A stretch of 24,000 nt of DNA. Source: Acidocella facilis ATCC 35904 (GTDB taxonomy: Bacteria > Pseudomonadota > Alphaproteobacteria > Acetobacterales > Acetobacteraceae). Positions 23,755 to 24,000 of this stretch are shown here, piece after piece. The stretch's first letter is position 1; the number at the start of each line of letters is the position of its first letter. The notes below the pieces were generated by a model. It was not told the origin of the DNA. It saw only the letters and a program-made list of their open reading frames with translations, and did no database searches. The DNA lies in contig NZ_JHYG01000009.1 in assembly GCF_000687875.1 (NCBI RefSeq), positions 33,634 through 57,633 of the forward strand, read 5' to 3'. A program made the position numbers and the translations under genes.

Positions 23755-23789
23755 CCAGAAAAAACCCCGCCTTGCGTGTGGGCGGGGTT
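23755..23789 (-). terminator. Rho-independent terminator (minus strand)
   Basis: On the minus strand, AACCCCGCC-CACACGCAA-GGCGGGGTT forms a 9-bp GC-rich stem followed by TTTTTTC. Confidence 0.7.
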
Positions 23790-23815
23790 GGGGACGGTCG
23801 GGGTTGGGAAGCCCG

Positions 23816-23905
23816 CTAACCGTGCCGCGCCCGCGCGCGCATACGCACGCCGCCAATAATATTGGCGGCTACGATGGTCATCGCGCGGGTGAGTGGTTTC
23901 GTCAT
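23816..23905 (-). CDS. Candidate small ORF (29 aa), or the 3' end of a gene entering from beyond the window
   Basis: The minus frame is open from the window edge to the TAG at 23818-23816, 26 nt upstream of the terminator. Candidate ATGs lie at 23905, 23932 and 23956. No convincing SD was found. Confidence 0.25.
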   Translation of the reverse strand: MTKPLTRAMTIVAANIIGGVRMRARARHG

Positions 23906-24000
23906 GGGCGCTGACGCTAACGAGGAAATCATGTTTTGCCAAGCTCTTATTCGCATGCGCCTCTTGTGCCGCCCGGCGTTCGGGGCCTTTTCTATGGCGG

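Noticed and set aside
23529-23942. 137-aa extended form (TTG start) of the small minus-strand ORF
   Set aside because: It would translate through a strong intrinsic terminator hairpin (23755-23789). The internal ATG at 23717 with an AGGAG SD is more plausible.
1-24000. CRISPR arrays, tRNA/rRNA genes, prophage or integrase genes
   Set aside because: No regularly spaced direct repeats, cloverleaf-like sequences or recombinase-like ORFs were seen. The intergenic space is too limited, apart from the regions already described.

Overview
High-GC (roughly 65-70%) alphaproteobacterial chromosomal window, with Acetobacteraceae/Rhodospirillales-like gene content. It is centred on the rpsT-dnaA-dnaN-recF replication cluster and is densely packed with housekeeping genes: hemF (partial), a petABC-like cytochrome bc1 operon, a UDG-family gene, a DUF4396 membrane protein, hldE plus a GNAT, an hslO-lipoprotein-cupin operon, an SDR, a YmdB-like phosphoesterase, flbT, a LOG-family gene, and a LysM-psd-pssA operon. 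The right end is accessory-like. It holds a 924-aa glycine-rich beta-helix/Hint-domain protein that converges on a minus-strand operon encoding a small membrane protein, a tandem-GNAT fusion and DUF2188. Three observations stand out. (1) In the bc1-like operon the Rieske subunit has lost all four 2Fe-2S ligands. The cytochrome b has lost one His ligand of each heme and the PEWY glutamate. Cytochrome c1 is fully canonical. (2) A ~106-bp TA-flanked dual-hairpin MITE-like element occurs three times. Each copy sits at a gene 3' end in the same gene-relative orientation, two copies are inserted in what reconstruct as TAA stop codons, and one rewrites the RecF C-terminus. (3) The large Hint-domain protein has no signal peptide and no co-oriented downstream partner gene. 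I found no rRNA, tRNA or CRISPR. The many long antisense ORFs look like high-GC artefacts. All functional calls rest on motif recognition by eye, because no searches could be run.
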